A stretch of DNA of 64,000 nt from Blastocystis sp. Blastoise (Eukaryota; Protista; Bigyra: Opalinata), in NCBI GenBank assembly GCA_039096225.1, contig JBBPEB010000019.1, forward strand, positions 124,001-188,000, written 5' to 3'. Of this stretch, positions 13,408 to 25,587 are shown one piece after another. The position numbers were made by a program, and so were the translations under genes. A model generated the notes under the pieces. The model did no database searches, was not told the origin of the DNA, and saw only the letters and a program-made list of their open reading frames with translations. How positions within the stretch are numbered: the stretch's first letter is position 1; every line of letters begins with the position of its first letter.

Positions 13408-15492
13408 TCTTTTTTAAATTTATTTTAAACCATTTTAATTTATACTTTTCAATTTTGATCTTAAACATATATATCTAACTTTTTATAGCTTTTTTAGACT
13501 TCCTCTTCTTAACAACAGTCACAATGAGAACAAATCTATTTATACTCAAACAAATAAATTATCTCTAAACTGTTTGAATCAATCAATATAGACGTGTCTG
13601 ACATAATTTATCAATTTAAACTCAATTTTAATAATTAAAAGTAAACAAACCAAACACACATGTCGACTTTAAAACGTTAAACTCAGTATTAATAATTTAT
13701 TTTTATAGAGTAAACACGAAACATTGATTTATACAAAAAGGAATGGAAACAATCAACTCTTGATACAACTTTACCATTTGGCAAAACACTCATCCACAAT
13801 ATTTTCTAAAGTACTTTTCATAAAGTGTTTATATACACATGCTATCTATAAAATGAAAGTCAACTTCTTGAATCTCTTTGTTTAAGACACTACTTAATAC
13901 ATTTTGACAAATAGACAACCTTTAACTTATTATATAAAGCTAATATTTTAAAATTAAACTTGATTTAGACCTATGAACACATTAGTCAACACTTTAGACT
14001 TTTTAAAGACACTTTACCATTTGGTCATACACTTTGATCAAAATATTTTTGTCCCTCCTTTTAATATAATATAGGTTATACACTCTAGTTTAATGACTAA
14101 AAGCTCTTATTTTGAATCTCGTCCTCTAAGTCACTCATTTTTACATTTTCTAAAAATTAAGACCCTTAGAGTTGATTTTTTAAGTTAATTTTTCTACAGT
14201 GTTCCAAAAACACGATTTTGCTCAAACTGAAGTAAAAATAAATTTTAAATAATAGTCACAACACCTCACACATCCATTCTTTAAAAATTATTTTAACTGT
14301 ACTTTTGATATGTTGTAGAGCTACTACAGCTGTACACTAATTAATATCTCTAAATTTTTTATTCATAGTTTAAGACTATGTTTTACACATTCTTTTAAAT
14401 TTGACAACCTTAAACTATTTATTTAAAGCTCTTATTCATAAAATAGACTTGATACATGATTCTAAACACATATATAAACCCTTTTACTTTTTAAGACACA
14501 TTTTGTCATTTGGTCATACACTTTGACCTTCATAATTTTGACTCTCCTTTTAATATAGAATAGAGTTATAAGTCTAGTTTACTAAATAAAAGTCATAATA
14601 TTGAATCTCTCACTCTAAGACCACTTAATTCACATTTTTCAAAATTGTCACTTTTAAACTCGTTATTTTAAAACTCTGTTTTAACTATAGTAGTTTGATG
14701 ACCTATTGATTACTATGCTACAATATTAGTCCATTATAAGAAGATCGAAGAAAATATCGATCACTCAAAAATCGTCCTCAGGAGCTCAAAATCGCTACAC
14801 CTAGGTTTTTGGACCTCCTGAATCAGAATATCATGTCAAATTGAGAATCTAAATTTGACCGTTAAGGCCTCACGTGTTCAATATGAAAAAGTATTAAAAA
14901 ATAGATAAATATAAAGAATAAACACGGATAACGTATATTGTGGGATTGAGAAAAAATCAAGTTTACCCCATGTTTATTTTTCAATTGTCTGGTCAACAAT
15001 TTTTATCGGGGTCACCCCAAAGAGCCAATCAAAAACGACTCAAAAATCATGTTTTCTGTTTTTTTATTAATAACTTTTTAATTATAAACAATATCGCTTA
15101 TCCAAATATACGGTGCAAAACTACACGTTATATCGTATTGAACTGTGTTTCAACCAAAAGTTAACTCCCCGTAAGTTTAGAGGAGTTGCGGCGACAAACT
15201 ATAGTATATAGTAGCCAATCAAATGGTTTTTCCAAAAACTGACCAATGGGAATTTTTTTGCCTATTTGCTTTATAATAGTAATGATATATATAATATATT
15301 ATATATAATAAGTAACATCTAATAGATAATATTTAATAAATAATACATATTATATAATATATAATATATAATATATAATATATAATATATTATAGATAAT
15401 AAGGAAAGAAATTGTATAAAAACCAAACACTTATTATTCATTGCAGCCGCGGTCCGGTGCCGTTAGGCCCCGGACCTGCGGCGTGACCCTAG

Positions 15493-16547
15493 TAATATAA
15501 ACTTAAACAAATCAAAGAATGTAGACTTACAATATGAAAGTGTAAAAGCTTGTATTCTAAAAGGTAAATGCTATCACGTATTATATTTAATAATTTCACC
15601 TAACGCTCCTATTTTTATAATTAATATATTTATTCTATCGCTATATATATTAATATATAATAATAATATATATAATATATATATTATATTTTAATATAAA
15701 TTATTGTAAATATAGCATATATATATAATATATACATATGATTATAAATATTATATTAATTTATAAATATATACTCTTACGATTTTTCTATAAATTATTT
15801 AATATCTATGTCTCTATCCATATATATATTATTCTGTATCTTAATTTTTTCCATATAATTTTTATATCCTTTCAGTACGTATATCATAGTAGATTCATCT
15901 TTCTGCCATTCTATATATATATATATATATATAATTATTACTATTATTATTATTTATCTTTCATTAAATAGAATATTTTATACACATATATAGGAATAGC
16001 AAAATCAAAAGATAAATATAAAAAATATTTAGGAGAAGGTTCAAATTTATATAATATATATATAAAATACTTTTTCTTAGATTATTTGCATTATTTTCCA
16101 ACATATGAAGATTTTCAAGAATATTCCAAGGGTAATGCACTGTTAAATATCTTGACAGAAGTTGAATTACAGTCTTATTTCAATTATTTAAAAGAGTATC
16201 AAAAAGATATAAAAAGGCCAGTGATTCTTAGTGATTATTATTTCTTCCTTACCAGAAATGATCTAATAAAATATTTAAATAATATGCCAATAGAACTTGA
16301 AAAGATTAAAAGAATTGGTATATACAGCCTTAATATTACTGTGTCTAATACTCCAGCAGAAAGACTTTTCTCGTATTATAACAACATTTTAATACCAATT
16401 AGATCCAATTTGTCATTTGAAAGCATAAAATACTATATATATGAATACTTTAATTATTCAAAATTATACTCAAATAATCATGAATCAATTGATAATAGTA
16501 CATACACCGGGTATTCATGGTTATCTGAGACTAATTTTGGAAACTAA
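15493..16547 (+). pseudogene. hAT-like transposase, 3' part (exon to 15563, intron 15564-15993, exon 15994-16547)
   Basis: A phase-1 GT-AG intron joins in frame to ORF 16086-16547. That ORF contains SNTPAERLFSYYNNILIPIRSNL, matching the hAT C-terminal dimerisation motif (S..ER.FS.......R..L). Confidence 0.78.
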
Positions 16548-16837
16548 AAAATTTTGTACTCATTTCAAAAATAAATGTTTTCATATTTACTAGGGTAACG
16601 CCGCTGGCGCACCGCCTAACGGCGACGCGCCGCGGCTGCGTTGTTCAGTTGGGTTTTAAAATTTTTTATTAAACTTTATAGAACAAAACCATTTTTTTTA
16701 TTATAAACATTTTAAAAACAAATAAAAAGTGAAAAAGTAAAAAATTAAAAAGAACAAATATTTAACAAACATAAAACAAATAAAACAAAAGAAACAAAAG
16801 AAATAAAAGAAGAGAGGAGAAAAAAAAAATAAAGCAT

Positions 16838-19800
16838 TTAATTATTTAGAGTAGACCTGAAGACCACGTTCTTAGTAAATATTTCATTACTACTACTAAT
16901 CATCTTACCTTGAGAAACACTATCAACTACCTTAATAAAAAGAGAGTTGAAAGATCGGGCACGACTAAAAGCAACATAGAGTTGACCATGAGAGAAGACA
17001 GGACGATCTAAATAAACACCAACTCTTTCAAATGTTTGTCCTTGAGATTTGTTGATAGTCATTGCGAACGCTAAACGAATAGGAAATTGTCTTCTGGATA
17101 TAATAATAGGAAGATCTTCAGGATTTGAATTACAGATAATTCTTGGAATAATAACAGTACGTTCATCAATAGTAAGAGAAGGAGGAGGATTTAAAATAGT
17201 AGCAGTAATATTATTTGATCCTAATCGAGTAACTATAAGTCTAGTACCATTACATAATCCTTTAGAAGGATTAAGATTTCTTAAAAGCATAATGATACAA
17301 CCTATTTTTAAATTTAATATATGAGGAGGCATTCCAGAAGGTGTTTGAGAATTAATAAACTCGATAGGATAATTTGATTCTGGATCATCTGTTTCAGAAT
17401 CAAGAATAGAATCAGAAGAGATATAAGGAGTAGTAGTTCCAGAAAGAAGATTATCTACAATGAAATCATTTAAAGTACCAACACAATCATTAGTAGAAGC
17501 TAATATAACAGAAGAAGCTAATCGTTTAATATCAGAATCAAGAGAAGTATTGATTCTATGTCCAAATACAGTAACACATAAATCATCATTTACAATACAT
17601 TGAGGAGGAATAGGAATATAATCTATATCTAAATGATGACTAATAGTATAATTATTAGAAAGAACACCATCTCCTACTTGTAATAACCATTGTCTAAAAT
17701 CATCTGCTCCTTCTAAAGCTCTCATATTTCTTGATAAATGAATGACATTATTCTTTATCGAATTCCATAAGGAACAAAACTTTATAGAAGAACTAACAAT
17801 CTGAGCTTGAGTTCCTTTTCTTATAACTGGTAAACATTGTCTGAAATCTCCTCCTAATACTACTGTTTTACCACCAAAAGGAATATCTAATTCTGTATTC
17901 ATTATATCACATAATAATCTATGTACTACCATAAAGCAATCACCTTTCATCATAGGAGCTTCATCCCATATTATTAAATCAGCTATTCTTATTTCTTCTA
18001 CTTTTCTTCTATCTCTAGCTAAATCTATATTTGAAGTAGAATCAGGATCAACATTCAAAGGAATACCAAATTGTTTATGAGCTGTTCTACCACCTGGTAA
18101 TAAAGTAGAAGCAATTCCTGTTGAAGCTACAGGTAATACATTCTTATTATGTCCACGTAAATAACTTAATAAACTATTATATAAGAAAGTCTTTCCACTT
18201 CCACCTGGACCATCTATAAAGAAACATAACTTATCTTCTATTCTACTACTTTCTATTGAATGAATTACTCTATCAAATGCATTTCTTTGTTCTTCATTTA
18301 ATAATTCTATTACTCTATTAGCTTCTTGTAATTCTAAAGTAGGATTATAATTATAATCATTATAATGATGTTGTTCTTCTACTTGAGGTAATCCTAAATC
18401 ATTATAATTCACTCCTATACTTATCATCATCTCTTTTATATCTTGTAAAGTACGTATTTCATAATCTTGAAGAACACTATTAGTATCATCTTCTATAACA
18501 CTTGATGAATCTAAATCTTGAGCTAAAGGAGTATTTATATAATCTATTTCATTATTATGCATTGAATGTTTATAATCTTCACTAAGAAATGATTTAAATC
18601 GAATCCAAAACTCTTTTACATTTGTTAATAATGATTCTGAAATATAAGTAATAAATAATTGTCTCAATTGACATGGAGTAGCAAAAACAATAGCTTCTGA
18701 AAATGAATCAAATACTTCTCTCTCATTATTCAATAATCCTCTTGCTATAGCTGCTTCACTAAAGGTTCTATAAGGTTCATTACGATTCAATCCTTTTACT
18801 ATCTTCAAAGAATCAAAGCTATCAGCTCCTTTCGTATTCAATAATAATAATCTCAAAGCATATCGTTCTTTATCTTTTGGATTCACATAATACATTCTTC
18901 CTAAAGCTTTTATATCTCTCTGACGTCTATTCCAAGTATTTGTATTCGATTTCCATACATAATATTTTGGTATTTCATGATAAGCATAAATAGGATATTT
19001 CTCATCTAATATTTTCAATAATTCTTCTGATATATTATCATCATCTACTTCATAACTATTTATTCTATTTATCTCTTCTAAACGAACTTGAATCAATTCT
19101 CTTTCTTCTTCTACATTATTCATATTACGAATACCATGCTTCTTCTCTATATAATAATAAGTATATATCTTTCTTTGATTCTGAACTTCTTTCTCTAAAT
19201 CAAAGTATTTTGTTAATTTAGTACCTTTCTCTAAACTATTTCTTAATGCTTCTTCTTCGTGTCCTTCTCGAAATAATATATATGGATCATCAGGTAAATG
19301 AATAGGTAATCTATTAATAGAAACAGAATTATAAGTAATTTCAAAACAATTCAAACGATAAGAAGCTTCAGGAGGAGAAACATATCGACAATCTAAATAA
19401 GCTTGAGTTTCATCTACTATTCCATTATCATTCACTCTTCTTAATTGAGCTATCACAGAATCATTTCCTTTTAATGCATATTTATATATATATTTAGTAC
19501 TTTGAATATTACAACAGACTTCTACATTAATATGAGCTTGATATTTCAATAATAAATAAGGATTATAAGGAACTACCCAACGATTATCAATAGTATAAGT
19601 ATTATGACTACGAATAAGAGTAATAGTTCTATCAGGAATATTTCTTCTTTGATATAAAGGATAAGAATTTAAATGACAATTAGTTTGCTCTATATATTCT
19701 TTTGGAAATCTCTTACTACATTTACCTGTTGATCTATCAATACAAACACAATTCGTATCATAATCAGGACCACATGGACCATGAATCATATGTTTCTTAA

Positions 19801-21844
19801 CTAATTCATAAAGAAGAGGAGTTGATTCTTTATCGGGAATCTCTGCACTTATTATACTATCTACTTCATCTTCTGTTCTATATTTAGAATTCGTATCTAA
19901 AATAATTAATATATGAGAATGTGGTAAACCTCTCTTTTGGAATTCTACTGAATATAATAAAGCTTCTACAGTACCAAATATATTCTTATCCTTTATATCA
20001 GAAAGCAATTGTTTCAACTTTAAATGAAACACTCTTGAAACTAAATCTGGAAATTCATTAACAGTATAACCTTCTGGAATATTATTCTTTATTTCTAACC
20101 AATCTGGATTGCAAGTAAATGTAATAAATAAATCAGGTTTACCATATTCTCGAACTACACTCATAGCATCCATATATTTCTGTTGTAAATTTCTTGGACT
20201 ACCAACAAAAGAAGAAGGTAATATAATAGCTTTACCTATTCTATCTATATTTCTATCATTCTCATTTATTTGATCTCCTCTCTCTTCTAACATATTATTT
20301 ATATTCTGATAAGTTGAAGCTCTTAACTTATTTTGATTATTTCGTATATAATTAATTCTATTTTGTTCAACTCGGATATAATTATCAGTAATATATTGTA
20401 AAGTTAATTTCTTATATTTTAATAAATAATTATCATAAGGTGGATTTTTCATTTGAAGCATATAATTATAATATTCTAACATAGTAATAGTAATTTGATT
20501 AGAACGATTCAATGATAATAAATCTGGATACCAACCTTGTCTTCCAGTTGGAAACATAACTGGATAAACCATACAATCTATATATGAATTAGTATTCTTC
20601 ATTACTATATATTGACCTGAAGTATAACGATTCTGTTCATTATTACTATTAGTAGCTACTATTTCCATACCACTTCTAGGAAAACAACAATAACTTCTTT
20701 CTGGCATTACTCCTCCTTCTCTATATTGATATATTACTGCTACTTCATCTACTTGAGGAGTATTATATCTTCTTATATCAGGTACTTCTCTTCTTTGTTT
20801 CTTAAATTCTATTAATAAATTAATATTACTTCTATTCATTTGACTATTCTCTTCTATTACTTCATCTACTCTTTCTCGAAGTGAATTATATATTTGAGCT
20901 AATGGATGATATTCTCTTATTGTACTATCTAATATCTCTAAAATATTTGGTTTTAAATCACAAAAATATCGATTCATACTTCTCATATGAGTAGCTTCAT
21001 CTCCATCTATCATATAATATTGATTGAATACAGGATGTCTTGTAGGATCATTCACATCAAAATCTAAAGCACTCTTAAAAGTATGATATATATTACCTCC
21101 ACATTTAAATAATAAAGGTCCAGAAGAATTTCTTAAATCATCATCAGAAGTATTATTTCCAGCTAAAGAAGCTAAAGCAACAGAATTATTATATCGAATT
21201 ATATTATTAATAAATTCTCTTGAATCTGGATTATCTCTTCTTAATAAAGAACGAATAGTATTAGGAAGATCAGGAAGTTCAGGAAGAACTACTTTACCAC
21301 TACCACAGCAAGTATAAAACTTATCATTCATTCCTTTCTCTAATTCAAAATGTTTAGCATGACAATATTCACAATGAACATTAAAATCACCTAAATAATT
21401 AGCTTTATAAGTATTCAATGCTTCATTTAATACAAAATCACCATGAGAATCTATATAAAATAATATAAAATAAATATTTATATATATAAATACTTCTTTG
21501 AATAGAAGCAATACAATTATGTAATCCAGGATATAATAATCTTTGTTGATTATCTATAAAAATAATTTATTATTTAATTATTTATAAAGAATTATAAAAA
21601 ATAAATAGCATACAAATATCTAAAGCTCTTCTTCTTCCTCTATTAATAATAGGATGAATAATTATATCTTCTTCAACTATAAATAAAATTTAATAAATAT
21701 ATTTAAATAATAAAAAAACATACTATTATCTGTTATAGGTCTTCTAATAGTTCTTACAACTGGTATTTCATCATTATTTTGAGTATTACTATTAATATTA
21801 GGAAAAGGATCAATATAATCAGAATCAGAATCATTATCAGAAAA

Positions 21845-21875
<31 letters not shown>

Positions 21876-24800
21876 TCACTTGAACTACTACTACTACTAT
21901 TAGGTATTGTTGTTATAATTTCTGATTCATTATCATTATTTAAATTAATATGAGGAATATTTGTTAGAATACTTAAAGGAGGAAGAATAGGACTTAAATC
22001 AGGAATAGTTAAATAACTATTCATAATGGAATTAATAGATCTATTATTTCTATGTATTATTGTTTCATTATTATTAGTATTAGTGTTATTTCTTGAATGA
22101 TTCGTATTATCATTAATGATTGTAGAATTATTATTGTTAGATATACTTACATCAGTTGGAATAGTAGTAACAACAGATAAAGAGTGTGAAGAAGTATTAA
22201 TAGAATCATTATTATTATTAGAAACAGAAGTATTATTTTCTGTAGGTTGTATAATAGTAGTTGATATAGGAATAGATGAATTATTATTATTAATTTGACT
22301 TTGAACAATAGATATGTTATTAATTGATTGATTAACTGGATTCATTTGATTGAATAGGTTTGAACCATTATTTAATATAGAATTATTATTATTTATTTGT
22401 GAATAACTATTATCTATATCAATATCAATATTGTTATTTGAATTATTGTTTTGAATGTTTTGTAAAGGAATATTATTTTGAAAATTAAAAGTCGAAAACA
22501 AAGCTAAAGGTTTAGTGTTAAAACCAAATGATTTAGATAAATCATTATTATTTATTTTATCCTTATTGGAACCTATATATATTAATAGTTAGATATTAAT
22601 TATATTATGTTTAAGTTTAGAATAAAGTTTAGTTGTGTATTATATAAATTAACTTTCATTGTTATAGTTACTGAAGTAATTATTAATTAATATAAAGTAT
22701 AACCTTTATTAATATAATATAATACATAGATATAGTATGATAATATATATATTAATTTAAAGTATAACCTTTATCAATATAATATAAGTCATAGATATAC
22801 TATGATATATATTAATTAATATAAAGTATAACCTTCATCAATATAATATGATACATAAGTATAGTATGATATATTAATTAATATAAAGTATAACCTTTAT
22901 TAATATAATATAAGTCATAAGTATAGTATGATATATATTAATTAATATAAAGTATAACCTTTATTAATATAATAATACATAGAATATAATATGATATATA
23001 TTAATTAATATAAAGTATAACCTTCATCAATATAATATAATACATAAGTATAGTATGATATATATTAATTAATATAAAGTATATAACCTTTATTAATATA
23101 ATAATACATAGATATACTATGATATATTTATTAATATAAAGTATATAACTCTTATTAATATAATAATACATAGTTATACTATGATATATTTATTAATATA
23201 AAGTATATAACCTTTATTAATATAATAATAAATAGATATACTATGATATATTTATTAATATAAAGTATATAACCTTTATTAATATAATAATACATACATA
23301 TAGTATGATATATTAAATAATATAAAGTAAAAACTTTATTAATTAATTATTATCTTCAATACTATAATGTAATGAAAGATAATATTATAATTAATGAAAA
23401 CTAATATTAAATAAGTATAGGTAATTAGTATTGTATAATTTATTAAACAATCTATATGATTCAACCTCATAGAGGACATCTATAGCTATTGTGCTTTGTT
23501 ACAACATTCTATAAACATATAGCTAACTACCAGTTAATATCATATACAATGTGAGTAAGTGAAGAATCTTAACACTTAGATATCTCAATCATTGATAGTA
23601 TTACATCGGTTAGACTATATAGAGTTAGAAGCGAACAATAGTCAGCAATAGTATGAGTCATATAGGTAATCAATAGTTGTATTAATTAAATTAAATACAA
23701 ATATTAAAATACTCAACACTATTTAATATTAAGTAATTCAAAAATTATCTTAATATCCGACACCTTCCCGTATATATCGACACGATTAAAGTAAAATTAA
23801 AATAAAAAAAAAATAACAAAACAAAAAGGAAAAAAGAAAGGATTCTATTAAATATTTAAATACTAAGTAGCTAAAGCTAAGCTTAGTAAATAAATATATA
23901 AATAGATAATAAAAAGAAAGCAGATAACAGAAAGCTATTATCTGTGAAAGAAAAAAAATAATAAAACAAAAGAAAAAGAAACTAAAATAATAAATAATAC
24001 TTACCCACAACTTTATTTGAACCTATATAAGTATAGAATATAATATAAGTATAAATATACCTTGAATAATTGAAGAACCATTGACACCATCAACGACTGA
24101 AGAATTATTAACACCATCACCTATATATATATATACAATAGTATAAGTATAAATAAATAAATAATATTATATATATATATATATATATACCTTTATATAT
24201 ATTAGTAGTAACCATATCAAGACCAACATCAGAGTCACACGATCCCAAATTAAAAGACACACCTATATAGAATCATAAAATAGAATAAACATAGATACAT
24301 ATATATATGTATATACCTTCTGAAGAAGGAATAGAGGAATGACCATGTACTAACTGAGTTGAAGGACCTATATAAAAACAAATAAGAAAGAATTAAAAGA
24401 AAAATAATAAATATATATATATGATATATCTATATACCTTTAGCATTAGAAGGATGATCACCATCAGATACAGTACCATGAACAGAAGACACTATCAGAA
24501 CAGAAGGACCTATATATATTTATAAAATAAAAGTATAAATCAAAAAGAAGAAAAAGAAAATATATTATATATACCTTCTTTATGAATAACATCAGCACTA
24601 ACATTCACAGCAACAGAAGAACCTATAATAAAATATAAATAGGAAATAAAAGAAATAATTAAAAATAAATAAATAAATGAATGATTATATACCTTGAAGA
24701 CCATGAGTAGAGTTAACACCACCATCAATAGCATCAGCAACAACATCATCATGAGTATAAGAACCTATAGATAAATAAAAATTAAAAAAAATAAAATAAA

Positions 24801-25232
24801 TGATTGACAACATACCTTCAAGACCGTGAGTAGAGTTAGCATCACCATCAATAGCTCCAGCAACAGAGTCCACAACAATAGAAGAACCTATAGAAAATAA
24901 AATATAAAAATAAAAACAAATGAATGCCAACATACCTTCAAGACCACACGATAACCTTACACCATCATCAGAATAGGACACCATGGACATAGAAGAGCCT
25001 AAGATGATATAAAATAATAAAACAAAAAGAAATGTATAAATATATACCTTCAAGACCATATTGATAAGCACCATCACCATCAATGACATCCATGCTTGCA
25101 TCCATCTGAGTAGAAGAACCTATATATGAATAATAATAAAGAATGGTAAAACATACTTGACCGTCTTTGAGAAATATAGCTTTTCCTATTTTCAGACCTC
25201 CGCCTGGACGACATCCGAGTCTTCTTAGGCAT
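16838..25232 (-). CDS. Helitron RepHel (HUH Rep plus Pif1-like helicase), predicted 15 exons, ~2086 aa
   Basis: The last exon (21450-16838) has a Cys cluster CEYC...CCGSGKV, Rep motifs FITFTCNP, EFQKRGLPHSHIL and YIYKY, and helicase motifs GPGGSGKT, IWDEAPM, GDFRQCLPV, TINKSQGQT and HGQLYVAFSR. Upstream exons are inferred from GT-AG sites and frame continuity, with lower certainty. Confidence 0.93.
22680..23345. repeat. AT-rich minisatellite, ~58-bp unit, ~11 copies, in RepHel intron 11
   Basis: Repeated attaatataaagtataacctttattaatataatataatacatagatatagtatgata. Confidence 0.9.
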
Positions 25233-25587
25233 CTTATTTAATAACTAATTATAAAATAAGTATTTTTATGAAGAAAACAAAATCTTATTTTGATTTCAAT
25301 TTTTGTAAAATAGGGTCAACATTTAAAATATGTATCTTTAAAAATATAATGAATCATAATTAACCTCGAATTTTTATTAATTTTATTGCTAAACTGATAA
25401 TTGGGTCATTTTTTGTTAAAAACATTTTGGGTACCCAAAAACTGTAGTTTTTTACATTTTTTAATTATTTGATTATATTGATTGTCTGTATATGTTTTAT
25501 TAATTAATTTGATATTGTTTAGTTATTATTTTTATATTTATATATATAGATTTATTTATTTATTGAAAATAATACACTTTTCTATAG

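Larger units (their letters stand above)
8705..15285 (-). mobile_element. Non-autonomous Helitron copy C (6581 bp), nested inverted in copy B
   Basis: CTAG at 8705-8708 and TC start at 15285. The flanks A8704|T15286 rejoin to the uninterrupted sequence seen in copy A (aatgtataa|tatatataat at about 1874). Confidence 0.95.
2336..15492 (+). mobile_element. Non-autonomous Helitron copy B (6576 bp: 2336-8704 plus 15286-15492), interrupted by copy C
   Basis: Starts TCATTACTAT after A2335 and ends hairpin-CTAG at 15492 before T. A|T target with no TSD. The 5' part is homologous to autonomous copy D. Confidence 0.94.

Noticed and set aside
2336-15285. Large inverted repeat as an assembly fold-back artefact
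   Set aside because: The breakpoints coincide exactly with Helitron TC/CTAG ends at an A|T site, copy A shows the empty site, and the arms differ by SNPs.
17049-17324. Antisense or overlapping short ORFs inside RepHel, HYOU1 and the surface protein genes
   Set aside because: They are shadow frames of real coding sequence with no independent signals.
22680-23345. CRISPR-like array
   Set aside because: These are head-to-tail units without unique spacers, in a eukaryotic intron.
23446-23462. Second cloverleaf in copy D (aaacaatctatatgatt)
   Set aside because: Only part of one arm matches, with no T arm or acceptor stem.
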